From the human T2T-CHM13v2.0 reference genome, Homo sapiens, in the NCBI RefSeq assembly GCF_009914755.1, contig NC_060938.1: DNA of 64,000 nucleotides. The stretch is one strand, 5' to 3'. The position numbers were made by a program, and so were the translations under genes. Positions 11,907 to 26,570 of this stretch are shown here, piece by piece; position 1 is the stretch's first letter, and every line of letters begins with the position of its first letter. The notes under the pieces are model-generated. The model had not been told where the DNA came from, did no database searches, and was given only the letters and a program-made list of their open reading frames with translations.

Positions 11907-14900
11907 AGTCATGGTTTTTAATTGCTGCTCTTCTTGCCTTTCACTTATAAGCAAATCACGAATAGTTTAGCTGCATTGCCAGTCTAGTTTGGTGTGGGTT
12001 GTTTGCATCACAGGGTAAAGCGAGCCATATTTGCATATTTAGGCTTATCATTTTGCTAGAAAATAGACTGAGGCTTGTGTATATTTTAATTTCAGTAAAT
12101 CACAGTCCTGTCCTGCCCCTACTCCCTTCAATTTGCTGTGGAGTGATGCTTCTTTTCATCATGGACTCCTTTGATACCTGGGAAGTAGAAACAGATGAGG
12201 TTGGGTGAGCCCAAGGTGCTGTTGTTCCTCCTTTGTGGACCACAGTGTAAAAAGATAAATTTTAAAAATATATAAAAGGTTTGGGAACCCTTGTTTCTGA
12301 TCAAAGACCAGAGCGTGGGAATCAGCATGAAAGGGAATGGGGATGGAACCTACGAATGTGACTTTCTGCATCACCCACAACTTCATACCATATTTCAAAA
12401 CACACCTGCTGCTGCTTTGCCGCAACAGTTTACTTCTAGAGCATCTGTAGCCCTATTATCTGGGATTGGGTAGGTTTGATGCCCAGCGTGCCCAATTTTA
12501 TACTCTACTTTTCCATTTATCTACTCTCTTCTTTTCTGTATCTCTTTGGTAGTCCGCATCCTTTTTGTGTTTGTGTGGCCGTCTGTTGAGTGGCGATGTC
12601 ATGTTGACAGAGCTAATTGAAGCTCCTTGTCACCTGCTCTGCACGCTGCACTCCCTCCCACAAGACTTGCTATACATATGGGATTATAGGGCACCACTTC
12701 TATACTGGACACAGTGCTACCCTGGAGATTCTGATATGGACAACACTTTGGTTCCTGCCTTCAAAGCACTGACAGCATTTTCTCTTAATCTGGCAAGCAA
12801 CTTTGTAAGATAGAAAGTGTACATTTTCTTCTATTTATTTCTGGGTTTTGACTGCTTATAAAGTCTTAGTATAAAGAAGCATTGTGTAGAAGAGAAAAAG
12901 CTTCACCCCTTTGGCTGTGGTAATTCATGTAATTGGTTCTCAGTTGCTCTGACGTTGGAGGGTGGTGTGAAATCTATCACGGTGGATAATCCAAAATTTG
13001 CATTTGGAATGCAGAAGTATCTGTTCTCAGGATCCCACGGAAAATTAGCCTCCTTCTGTCCCCAGCTCCTTCTGCTCCGGCTTGGCATCTGGCTGGGCAG
13101 CACTGGGAGGAGTCCCTGAGTCACCATGTGGAGCGACCATCTGTGACTAATTGAATGATCACAGCCTTGAGTTATTTGGGTTTATGTCTTTGGCTTGAAA
13201 ATGAATCTGTGATGAGCCAAGTGCAGCTTTCTTAACTCCTAGCCCAGTGCTCTTTCCCCTGTTACAGAAGGAGGAAGGAGCTTTTTGCATGAAAATAGTT
13301 GCCAAAGCATCCTGGAGGAGGGGGCATCCTGTCTGGGTTCCAGGGAGATTTAAATTGGCACACAGCGGGAGGGGCAGTGGGTGCAACTGTGTAGAGGTCA
13401 GAGTGGACAGAGATGGTGTGTGGGCTGGTGATGTGGCCAGTGTGAGAGCAGCTCTGGAAGAGAGTGACAGACAAGGTTGGAATTGCTGGCCATAGCCAAG
13501 TTTTGGAAGGAACGAATAAGATTTCTGCAAGTTCTGTTTGTCATTATCTAGTGCTGCAAGTTGAGAATTAATAAAAGTAAAGTAAGAGCCCACCTGGCAG
13601 AGGGGCTTTTCCTACCAATATTATTTTTCTCACTCTAAAAATAGAAGCAAATGACATACTGATATTTAGCATTCATAGAATAAGCAGGATTTGGCTTCAA
13701 ATCAGTCCTGAATTACATGGGTCCGCAGGAGCCTAGCCTGACCCCTCCCAGTGTCCTCACTGAGCACAAGCCACGCAACCAATAACGAGACTCTCCCCTA
13801 TGCCAGGCCCTGCGCACATGTGACCTTCTCTGTCATAGCCCTTTATCCTCTGCCTGGCCATTGGGCAGTGAGGATCTGGGGCCGTGGCTGCCATCCCTTT
13901 AGGTCCACACACCAAAAGAGGCTTTGTTTTCATTTTTAAGATATGCCTGGTGTGTGCATGCCTAAGTTGGTTGAAACATGCCCTCATGGTTGGTAAATTG
14001 GTAGTCAGAAGCCATTTAGCAACAGGACAGTTGAGTGCTAGACTAAGGATGCCCTTATCTTCGGAGCAGTAGAGGTCACCGAGGGCTTCTGAGGGATGGC
14101 CTGGCAGAACTGCAGCAGGGTTAGAAAGGGAGGAGGCTGGCAGCAGGCTGGTGGGCGGAGCAAGCATCCACACAGAGTGTTGGAGAAGTGGGCATGGGAG
14201 AACCGTTTGAGAGGAAGAATGGGTAAGACTATTGGAGGTGGGAAAGAGAGAAGGGAAAGAGTACAGAACAGGGCAGCCTCCAACGTCTGATGTTATTGAC
14301 ATCTCCTTCTCTTTCCTGAAGTTTTCTGTGCCCTAAGAAAAAGCCTGTTAGCCTCAGCCCCTTGCTCCCAGGACCACACCTGGCCAGGGCTGCTGGGACA
14401 GGCTCCTTCACATCTGTCCCACCTGGCATGGCTCAGAACATACCCCTTCCTCGTGTTAGCCAAAGCGAGAAGGGGGGTTACTGTAGTTGCTTGGACACAC
14501 TGGGCTGCACAGGCCAGGAAATTACCAGCATGTCCTCTCAAACACCTCCTGCCCTCAGTGGAAACCCCGGAGAGATGGCTGCACTAGATGGAGTCTCTAC
14601 AGAAGGGACATTCGTCTTCCCTTTGGGGTGGCACCCTTCCTTAAATCGTCAACTCAATGCCTGCTTCTTTCCCAGGATTGGATCTTCAAGGACAAGGACC
14701 GTGTTGGTTTAAATCTGATGACACACTCTGTAACTCTCCAGTATTTGAGGATGATCAAGTATCCTACTTCAGGGGGATTCTAGCGAGATTTAGGAACTTA
14801 ATTAACAATCTTAACAGCTTAATCCTATTAAGTCTTGTTAGACAACATTTAAATGCCAGCACTCTCAAGCAGTACCTGGGGAGAGCCCTGCTAATTTATT

Positions 14901-15694
14901 CAGGCCTCAATTGATCTTAAAATGCATTTTCAGTAGGATATAGAGTTCTCTGGACCCTGGGTTCTCAGAAAAGAACATGTTGTTAATTTCATGCACACCG
15001 AGTTAAAAATGTCACTCTGTGGGGTCTGAATTGCTATAAACTTGCTTATGCGGCCGAGTCTCACCTTGATTTTGGCACCTACTACGTAGGGATAAAGATT
15101 TTCCATTTGGCATGATGCATGGAAACAGTTCAGATTAGCAGCTCCAAGATCAGATTTTTCTTTTTTTCCAGTAAGGGGTGAGTCAAATATATCTAGAAGA
15201 AATGAGGAAAAGCTGTTGGATTTTCACCAAACTTGGATAGGAAATAACATCATATCACTGTTACTTTCCATATGCAAGATGTTACCTAAGGGAGAAATCC
15301 GTATTTCCTGGTGTTGACTTCTAAATTAAATGTTGTCCCAAGGTTTGATAAAAAGCTACTTTATTGCTTTCTGGTTATGGCTGTGAAATCTTGAAGTGTC
15401 TTCTATCTGCCTTCACACTGGTGATTTACTGGGGCTGAACTTCAGCTGGTTTTGCGCTATGAAGGGGCTGATCATTTACTTCTCTGGTAACCAGCGCATT
15501 GTCCCAATGAGAGTTTTTGTCAGATTGGATAATTAAGACAATTGCAGTGAAATGTATTAATTGCAAAGGTAGTTAGAGAAGAGAGTTGAATATGACCTTT
15601 GCATAGAAGGAGAACTTACCTTGTTTGAGCATTGGAGGGTGGGGTTAGGGAGGAGTCGATGGCAGGTGGGATACAGTTTTTGTTTCTTGGGGGG

Positions 15695-15837
15695 TTTTTT
15701 GAGACAGAGTTTTACTCTGTCATCCAGGCTGGAATGCTCATAGCTCACAGCAGCCTCGACTTTCTGGACTCAGGCAATCCTCCCACCTCAGCCTCCCAAA
15801 GTGCTGAGATTACAGGCGTGAGCAACTGTGCCTAGCC
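15695..15837 (-). mobile_element. Alu monomer (FRAM/FLAM-like)
   Basis: Single reverse Alu arm. Confidence 0.8.
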
Positions 15838-15941
15838 AGGGCACAGTTTTAAATAAAGTACCAGTATGTTAGAATTGGTGGTGTTCTGTTAATCATCTGT
15901 AATTACAGCACCTTGATAAACTGGAAAAAATCAGAGTTGGA

Positions 15942-16242
<301 letters not shown>

Positions 16243-18322
16243 GAGTTGGGGGAAAAATACATACACACAGCCGGAGTGCAGTGAAATGAGGGAGAGAAGA
16301 TCTATAAGGGATTGACTAAGAAGCTCTGGACACAGTCGCCTTCTTTGGGGCATGCAGGACTACGGTTCTTTTTACCCTTGACTTTGAACCCCAGTTAGGC
16401 ATGCCCATCCCTCTCTGGGAAAGTATTGAGTAATTATAACTGAGAATGTAATCCTCTTTCAGATGAGACCATGTCGTAATTAGCTGCAATGATAGGAAGT
16501 TAATTCATTTGGTTCCCTCTGACAGGTCTGAAACTAGCCTAAGCACGTGGGTCCCCTGTTATCTTTGCCTTTTCTTGTTTATTTCTGTAAGCATTGGTGT
16601 TTTGTGGGAGATGCATACTTTGCATATGCAAGATAGAAAGAGCTTTTGTCAACACTGTTGATGCCTGGTGTAAACAAGCATGTTTGAAGAGTTACTGACG
16701 AAAGGCAGAAGATAAATTTCAACATGTGCTTTTGCTTGAGAGGAAAAATCAGGAAATGAGAGTGAAAGCTGAAGTGAAAGAGATTCTTCTGAAAGTGTCT
16801 TCATTTCATGGAGAGGGGGGAATACACACAAGGCACCCAGTATCTGGCAGTCCTTGCTTCTCCACCAGCAAGGCAGGAGGACACAATAAAGAGAAAAGAC
16901 TACAGCTCATCCCCCTGTCTCATAAGGAAGAGTCTGAAAACCCCTGCCTCTTAGAGTTGACTTAGCCAGCAACACTTGCAAATCAAGTCGATAAGAATTT
17001 TTTGCGCCCCATTGTGTGCCTGCTGCTGTGCTGGTAGATAGGGGAGGGCACCAAATGGAAAAACCGTGCAGGTTGTGCACTGCACAATCCTAGAAGGTGC
17101 TGTTCAAACCATAGACATTGTTTATTTGTCTCTTTAGTATGATAATATTCCAGCAAATGGAAGCAAAATGTCTTGAGGAAGACTTTTTCTATTTCTTGGC
17201 ATCCTGTGGGCTAGTATGGCCTAAATGTGGAGATGAACAGAGAAACAACCATAGTACATCATGATAATGGCCAGAGTGCATGTGTGTGCAAAGCACAGAA
17301 GGACTTAGAAGGAACCCTCCATGTGCCTAAGAGTCATGCAGTGGTTCACAAAGGGCCCCTCTTTGGAAGACTATTCCCCTGAGCAGAGAGAGGCAGTGTT
17401 GTGGAGTGGCAATGAGATTGTGTTTTACACCCAGACTGCCTGGGTTCAAATCGCTAATGTGCTCCTTCACATGTGACCTTGGGCGAGTTATCTAACCTCT
17501 CTGTCCCCTACATGAGTTGCTGCTGTTTCCGCAGTGCCCTGAGGTGTGTCTGCCCAGCCAGGCTGTAGTTTAGGAATGTAGTGTTGGGGGCAGGGAGGCA
17601 TCTCAGTCCTAATACACTCACTGCCCTCCCCTACCAAATGCTCCAGCCTTTTCTTGGTGTCCAGACCAGACAAAGACCAAATAAACCCACCAATAGCAAA
17701 ATTCATTCTTTGTTTTCCTCTGAACACCAATGTCAGTAAGAGTAAAAGAAATACGAGACAAACATATTCAAATGTATCTAAGCCCTTTACCTGATTTCCT
17801 CGATGATGGGCTCATAAAAGTGATGGAATATATTAGTTTGCACTTTCGAGCTTGCTGATTGCAGTCCTCAGATAACATTTATCAACTTCTACTCTTGTTT
17901 CAAGTACAAGGGCAAAGCTGAACAATATTAATATTTGCTGGAAGAAGTAAGCCTCATGTCAAAAGCAAGACATAAACTTGGTTCCCGTGGCTTCTAAAAA
18001 TACCTCCGTGAGGCAGGCAGGATTATTGAGTGCTAAGTGGGATTACAACTTAATTTAGGAAAGCCATCCACTTTCTAATTGTGATTGTCCTGAAATACAT
18101 TGATTTATATATCAATAGCCTAAAGTTTTTCCTCTTCTCGGGTATATATTTTTGGTGACAGCCATGGAGATTGTCCCAGCTCTTTCAAGTGACCTAGAGT
18201 GGTCCACATACTATGATCAAAACTTCCAGCCAGGTAATATAGGCAGCTGCTTCAAGACCATTCTGAGAGCTTGAAAAATCAGAAAATGTTATTCCTTTGG
18301 AGATGAGTTAGAGTAACCATTC

Positions 18323-18677
18323 TATATTAGTCAATTTTCATGGTGCTGATAAAGACATACCCAAGACTGGGCAATTTACAAAGAAAAGAGGTTTAATTGG
18401 ACTTACAGTTCCACATGGCTGGGGAAGCCTCATAATCATGGCAGAAGACAAGGAGGAGCAAGGCACTTCTTACATGGATGGCAGCAGGCAAAGACAGAGC
18501 TTGGGGAGGGAAACTCCACCTTATAAAGCCATCAGATCTTGTGAGAATTATTCACAATCATGAGGACAGTGCAGGAAAGACCCACCCCTGTAATTCAATC
18601 ACCTCCCACTGGGTCCCTCCTACAACACCTGGGAATTCGAGATGAGATTTGGGTGGAGACACAGCCAAACCATATCA
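18323..18677 (-). mobile_element. THE1 solo LTR (MaLR)
   Basis: tatattagtc...gctgataaagacatacccaagactggg...ccaaaccatatca; TSD cattc/catcc. Confidence 0.92.
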
Positions 18678-19109
18678 CATCCCAACAGAAGCAGAGAAAC
18701 CCTGAAATCTCAGTAGCTTCACCCAGTAGGAGTTTATTTTTCACTCCCACAGCCATCCAGCTTGCATGTTTAGCAGAGATCCTCCCAGGTGGGGACCAGG
18801 GACCCAAGGACCCATGCTTCTTCTGTCTTGGGGCTCTGCCATCTTCAACAGGTGGCTTTCAGGTCCTGCAGAAGGGGACAGGGAGTTGAGAAGACACACC
18901 TGCTTCTGAAGCACTGAGGCAGAGGTGATGCATGGCACTTGTGATCTGGTTGACGAAGTCCTCTGGGTGAGCAGCCTCTTCTCAGCAGTAAGTGAGGAAG
19001 GGCAGCGTGAATCTTTGGGGAACAGCCTACCTTCTTGGCCATGATACAGTCATGCATCCCCGCACACAGAATTAGTTCAAGACGACAGACTTAAAGCTCT
19101 GAGAGGACT

Positions 19110-19450
<341 letters not shown>

Positions 19451-19959
19451 TCAGAAATCAGGGAGAATTGCCTTCCCCCCTTCTAGATACAGTTAGGGCC
19501 AGCCTTTAACCATATTTCAAAGTAGGCATCTCTCATCTGTTTATTCTTTCTTGTACATCTTTCTAATGCGCTTCCCTACAGATTCTGCTTAAACCCTCTC
19601 CTTGGGCACTGCCCCTCCCCCCCACCCTGGCACATATGCTGTTTTCCTACATTACATGTTTTACATCTCTTCAGCCCAGTCACTCACTTCAGTGCTGCTG
19701 ATGCCCAGTGTTAAGAGGTAAAGCGGATGGGGCTAGTTTATACTCATCTGTAATTGATTGACAGCTCTTTTTCTCTGAGAAGAATTGCATTTTTAGAGAA
19801 GATTTTTGAACAGGCTTCACTCTGGGCTTGCCAGAGCCTCAATTTACAGACTGTGTTAGAAAAGAGTAAGTCTTACTGAATTAACAGTGGCATACATAAC
19901 CTCACCTCCCTGCTGCTAAGAAGCTACGGCTCTGACTCCGCATCTACCCTAAGTCTCAC

Positions 19960-20715
19960 TGGCATCTGTCGCTATGATCTAATGCTACCATCGTCTCTGG
20001 CTGGACTATTGCATAGCCCAGCTGGTCTTGCTTTCTTTTGCTCTTCCCTCACTATAGCCTCTTCTTATGACAGCCAGAGTGATCTTTCTAAAAGAGGAAT
20101 CAAATCACACAACTTTTTTTGCTTAAACTGTCCAGACCTTTTATAGTGCAAATAGAACAAAATTTCAAACTCCTCTTTGTGACTAACCATCCCCCATGTA
20201 TGAAGGCCCAGCAGTCTACCTCTCCTGCCTCCCTGAGCCCCCAGTCCCCATCCATCACAGTGCTCCAGCACACTGGCAGGAGATGTAGACTGCTGGGCCT
20301 CTTCCTTTTCTCCAACACAGCAGCATGTCAGCCCTGGCTGTTCCTTGTCCCTGATATCCTCCACCTACAGACTTCTGCATGGATTTCTTTTTCTGGTCAT
20401 TCAGGTCCCTGTGCAAATAACACCTCCTAGTGAGGCACTTCCTAACCACCCCCATCTAAAGCATGCATCCCTTCACTCCCCTTCACTCTTCTGCCACACA
20501 TATGTATCTCAATGCCAACTTTACTTTTTTCATAAGCTCTGGAAACTATCAGAATGGATCTTAAATATTTGTACGTTCTCTCCACTCCCACCCCTTACTT
20601 CATTATGTAATTTTTGTAACAGCAGGGATCACATCTCTCTTGTCCTCTCCTTTATTCCTATCATCTAGTCCTGGCACATAATAGGTCCTCAGTAAATACC
20701 TACTAGGTGAAAATA
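19960..20715 (+). mobile_element. L2 LINE 3' portion
   Basis: cagccagagtgatcttt...ctggcacataataggtcctcagtaaata. Confidence 0.8.
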
Positions 20716-21262
20716 AAAAGAAAAGAAAAGAATAAGTCTTATACATTTAAATGAAAATAAAAAAGAAATAGATTTTAAAAAAATACTATTCCTGGTGTTA
20801 TAGGCGGGTACATATCTGCCTCCCTGAAAAGAGAGGCCACACAGTGTAGTGATGAAGTACTTGCTGACTGCCTGGGTACAAACCCCAACTTTGCTACTTG
20901 CTGTGCAACTTTGGGTAAGTTACCTAACCTCTCTGTGCCCTTGACTCATCTATTGCAGACCTTTCTTCACTGTCCCAGGAGTGGTGTCTGCCCAGCCAGG
21001 CAGACCAGGTTGATCGGTTAGCCCTCCAACTGGGAGTCTATCTCCACCAGAGAAATGATGGGTAAATTTAAGAACAGGCCATAGGAGCTGTTTGTGTTTG
21101 TAAAAAAGAGGTAAAACTGAACAATCAAGTAGAAACTCTTCCATTAGCTCCTGACTCTGGGTCATTAGGATAGCAAGGCAGGGGTTACCTGGTATGAGCC
21201 TCACTCCAGTAGTGGCATACAGTAGCAAAGGTTGATTATAGCATTAGAACTAGTTTGCAGGG

Positions 21263-23607
21263 TGTATTAGTCTATTCTCACACTGCTATAATGAACCACC
21301 TGAGACTGGGTAATTTTTGAAGAAAAGAGGTTTAGTTGACACACAGTTCCACAGGCTTAACAGGAAGCATGACTGGGAGGCCTAAGGAAACTTACAATCG
21401 TGGCAGAAGGTGAAGGAGAAGGAAGCACATCTCACCATGGTAGAGCAGGAGAGAGAGAGAGAAGGGGGAGCTTCCACACAGTTTTAAACGATCAGATCTC
21501 ATGAGAACCATCATGAGAACAGTAAGGGGGAAATCTGCCTCCATGATGTAATCACCTCCTACCAGGCCCCTCCTCCAATTTGACATGAGATTTGGGCATG
21601 GACACAAATCCAAACCATATCATCCCACCCTTGACCCCTCCCAAATCTCATGTCTTTCTCACATTTCAAAACCAATCATGCCTTCCCAACAGTCCCCCAA
21701 AGTCTTAACTCATTTCAGTATTAATGGAAAAGTCCAAGTCCAAAGTCTCATCTGAAACAAGGTAAGTCCCTTCTGCCTATGAGCCTGTAAAATAAAAAAC
21801 AAGTTAGTTATTTCCAAGATACAGTGGGGGTACAGCCATTGGGTAAATGTTCCCATTCCAAAAGGGAGGAATTGGCCAAAACAAAGGGGCTACAGACTCC
21901 ATGCATGTCCAAAACTCAGTAGGGCAGTCATTAAATCTTAAAGCTCCAAAATAATCTCCTTTGACTCTATGTCTCACATCTAGGGCATACTAATGCAAGG
22001 GGTGGGCTCCCATGGCCTTGGGCAGCTCTGTCCCTCTGGCTTTGCAGGGTACAGCCCCTGTGGCAGTTTTCACGGCTGGTGTTGAATGCCTGTGGCTTTT
22101 CCAGGTGCACGGTGCACACTCTCTGTGAATCTGCCATTCTGGGGTCTGGAGGATGGTGACCCTCTTCTCACAGCTCCACTAGGTAGTGCTCCAGTTTGGA
22201 CTCTGTATGGGGGCTCCAACCCAATGTTTCTCCTCTGCATGGCCCTAGTAGAGGTTCTCCATGAGGGCTCTACCCCTGCAGCCGACTTCTGCCTGGACAT
22301 CCAGGCATTTCCATACATCCTCTAAAATCTAGCGGAGGCTCCAAAATCTCAACTCTTGTCTTCTGCACACCTACAGGCCCAACACCATGTGGAAGCTGCC
22401 AAGACTGGGGGATTGCATCCTCTGAAACAGGGGCTTGAGCTGTGCCTTGGCCCCTTTTAGCCACAGCTGGAGCTGGAGCTGCTGGGACTCTGGGTGCCAT
22501 GTCCTGAGGCTGCACAGAGCAGTGGGAGCTCTGGGCCCTGCCTATGAAACCACTTTTCCCTCCTAGGCCTCCAGGCTTGTGATGGGGGGGGTCTCTGAAA
22601 TGCCCTGGAGACATTTTCCCCATTGTCTTGGCTATTAACATTCAGCTCCTCTTTACTATGCAGATTTCCGCAGCTGGCTTAAACTTCTCCTGAGAAAATG
22701 GGTTTTTCTTTTCTACCACATGGTCAGGCTGCAAATTTTCCAAACTTTTATGCTCTGCTTCCCTTTTAAACATAAGTTCCAATTTCAGATAATCTCTTTG
22801 TGAACACATATGACTGTATGCTCTTAGGGACAGCCAGGCCACATCTTGAACACTTTGCTCTTAGGACTTTCTTTTGCTAGATACCCTAAATCATCTATCT
22901 CAAGTTCAAAATTCCACAGATCCCTAGAGTAAGGGCAAAATGCTGCCAGTCTCTTTACTAAAGCATAGCAAGAGTGAATTTTACTCCAGTTCCCAGTAAG
23001 TTCCTCATCTCCATCTGAGACTACCTCAGCCTGAACTTCATTGTGCATGTCACTGTCAGCATTTTGGTCAAAACCATTCAACAAGTCTCTTGGAAGTTCC
23101 AAACTTTTCCACATCTTCTTGTCTTTTTCTAAGCCCTCCAAACTGTTCCAACGTCTGCCCATTACCCAATTCCAAACTTGCTTCCACATTTTCAGGCATC
23201 TTTATAGCAGTACCCCACTCTTGATGCCAATTTTCTGTATTAATCCATCCTTATACAGCTATAAAGAACCACCTGAGACTGGGTAATTTACGAAGAAAAG
23301 AGATTTAATTGACTCACAGTTCTGTGGCTTAACAGGAAGCATGACTAGGGGGCCTGAAGAAACTTACAATCATGGCAGAAGGCAAAGGGGAAGCAAGTAC
23401 CTCTTACCATGGTGGAGCAGGAGAGAGAGAGAGAGAGAAGGGGGAGGTTCCACAGACTTTCAAATGATCAGATTTCATGAGAACTCACTCACTATCATGA
23501 GAACAGCAAGGGGGAAATCTGCCCCTGTGATCCAGTCACCTCCCACCAAGCCCCTTCCTCCAATTCGGCATGAGATTTGGGCAGGGATACAAATCCAAAC
23601 CATATCA
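21263..23607 (-). mobile_element. Full-length MaLR provirus (MSTA/THE1D-type): LTR 21263-21622, internal 21623-23235, LTR 23236-23607
   Basis: Two tgtatta...catatca LTRs; perfect 5-bp TSD caggg; minus-strand ORF relics of the MaLR internal ORF (WNSLEG...LELPRDLLNGFDQNADSD). Confidence 0.95.
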
Positions 23608-23642
23608 CAGGGTGATCAGATACACTGCCTACAGAGTGATAT

Positions 23643-23932
23643 TGTGTGTGTGTGTGTGTGTGTGTGTGTATTTATTTTTTGGCCAGGTGTGTTTCCAGTG
23701 TGGATTCAGATAGAAATTATTTCCAATAACCGAAAGTGTTGAATTGTCATGGGATGTTCATATGGTTATATGTATGCTTGTTGCTACAGCAGTGTGTGTG
23801 TGAGTGTGTGTGTATTTATTTTTTGGCCAGGTGTGTTTCCAGTGTGGATTCAGATAGAAATTATTTCCAATAACTGAAAGTGCTGAATTGTCATGGGATG
23901 TTCATATGGTTATATGTATGCTTGTTGCTACA

Positions 23933-23973
<41 letters not shown>
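23643..23973. repeat. Three (TG)n tracts separating two copies of a ~122-bp unique segment (144-bp period)
   Basis: ggccaggtgtgtttccag at 23681 and 23825; 2 substitutions between copies. Confidence 0.97.
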
Positions 23974-23975
<2 letters not shown>

Positions 23976-24289
23976 CACATCCACAAGGGGGAATAAGTCA
24001 GGATAGAAGGGAAAAAAGGGGATGACTAAATTGACCTGGAATTTGAATCTGTTATTGTGTTTGTTGTGGCTAAATTGAGTCTTCTGGGCCTATCTGTTTA
24101 AGGAAATGGCTTACTTCATTATTTACTTGACCATCCCAGAATAGCAAGCAATAAGTGCCTGTGTGTTGGCAACTGCAGCTAAAGCTCTCCTATCTCTGCA
24201 AACATGTGAGTTTATTTTACCTTGGAAGCCTTCATAGGTGGGCTGATTGTTTTAATGATGGCTGTGAGGAGTGAGCCAAGGTAGAAAAC

Positions 24290-24480
24290 CTCCCGTGGAT
24301 TGGAGCCAGGTCTGTGTGGCTTGGGGATGGGTTCTGGCTGTCCTGTTTACAGGCTGAATAGCCTCAGGCAAGTCACTTAGCTTTTTTCAGCCTCAGTTTT
24401 CTCATTTGCAAAATAGACATAATGAGATCTACCCTCTAGGTAGTAATTAGGATTAAATAAGATAATGACTTACAAATGTG
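24290..24480 (+). mobile_element. MIR SINE
   Basis: ggcaagtcacttag...cctcagttttctcatttgcaaaat. Confidence 0.75.
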
Positions 24481-25473
24481 GATTTTTTTTATTTCTCTAC
24501 TGGAGTTCACCAGTATTTGTTTTACTTTCTCCATTGTTCTGAAGCAAATTAATCTATACTTGTTCCCCCAACAGGAAGTTTCCCTGGTGGAAAGTTGAAG
24601 TAGGGCAGATTTATTTATGAATATCCTTTCCTCAGTGGTTGTGGGGAACTTTCATTTCAGTATCTGTGAATTACAAGTTATGATTGTCCAGACTACATAG
24701 AACATCCTAGAAGCTGGAGTTTTCTGAAAGAGAAAAGGTGTGGGAAAGGAAATCTGGCCTGAGGACTGCCTGGCTGAGTCTGCAGGATGAAGGGAGGGAG
24801 CCATATATGTTGAGCTGGGCTTTGGCTGGGGTTTCTATAGAAAGAGGTGGGACTGGGTCAGGACGGCCTGTGGAAAATAGCTCCTCAGCCAACATGGAGT
24901 CAAGTTCAGTCTCCTCAGACCTTTCCAAGCTCAGTCATTCCAGTTGCTCTGGGTCTCCGAGGCCAGGAAGGGGTCCAGGAAGTTGATGTCACAACTCCAG
25001 AGAGGAAGAGATATTGAGCAACTGGATGGAGAATGGACCTAGGGAAGGAGGTGTGGAGGGGAGTGTCAGAGCCAAGTCCCAATGACCATGCTTCCTGCAA
25101 AGCTGAGCAAAGCTGGAGGCTGTTTGAGTCTCTGAAGCGTAGTGACGGTGGAGCTGCCTGGGAGCGAGGGATGGAAAAGGCAGCGCATTCAGTGTTATTT
25201 CCATTTGGAGCTATGCAGCTGCTGATGATGTTCTGTCTTTTGTGTTCAAGAGTTCCTTTGTTCTTAGAGCTTTTTATTGAAGGATAACATACCTATGGGA
25301 AAGAACACAGTACATTTTCACAAAGTGGACGTGCCCATGTCACCAGCATCCAGGTCAAGAAACAAAATATTACCAGACTGGGAGTATCCCCAGTCTTCCC
25401 TAACATGCTCCCCAGGATAGGGCAACCACTCTCCTGACTGGTGACAACACAGACTAGTTTTGGGATTGTTTGG

Positions 25474-26317
<844 letters not shown>

Positions 26318-26354
26318 TAGTTTTGGTATCATTGATCACATGGAATAGCAAACC

Positions 26355-26570
26355 TGTACTGAGCCCTCACTGTGTGCCAGGCCCTCTCCCACACCCTTTA
26401 CATAATCCGCTCACCTCATCTTCTGAACAATTCTAAGAGGTAGATGCTAATACAATGCCTGTTTTACAAAGAGAAAACAGACATGGCACAGTGAAAAACC
26501 TTGCCCAAGGCCAGACCACCAGTAAGTGTAGAGCAAGAATTTGAACCCAGGCAGGGAAGGTCTGCCTTGC
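26355..26570 (-). mobile_element. MIR SINE
   Basis: tgtgccagg...ttttaca...ttgcccaagg...gaatttgaacccagg. Confidence 0.8.

Noticed and set aside
13757-14302. 181-aa minus-strand ORF
   Set aside because: Low-complexity S/P/L composition, no homology recognised and no splice support.
22070-23189. Protein-like minus-strand ORFs as a nested gene
   Set aside because: Frameshifted remains of the MaLR internal ORF.
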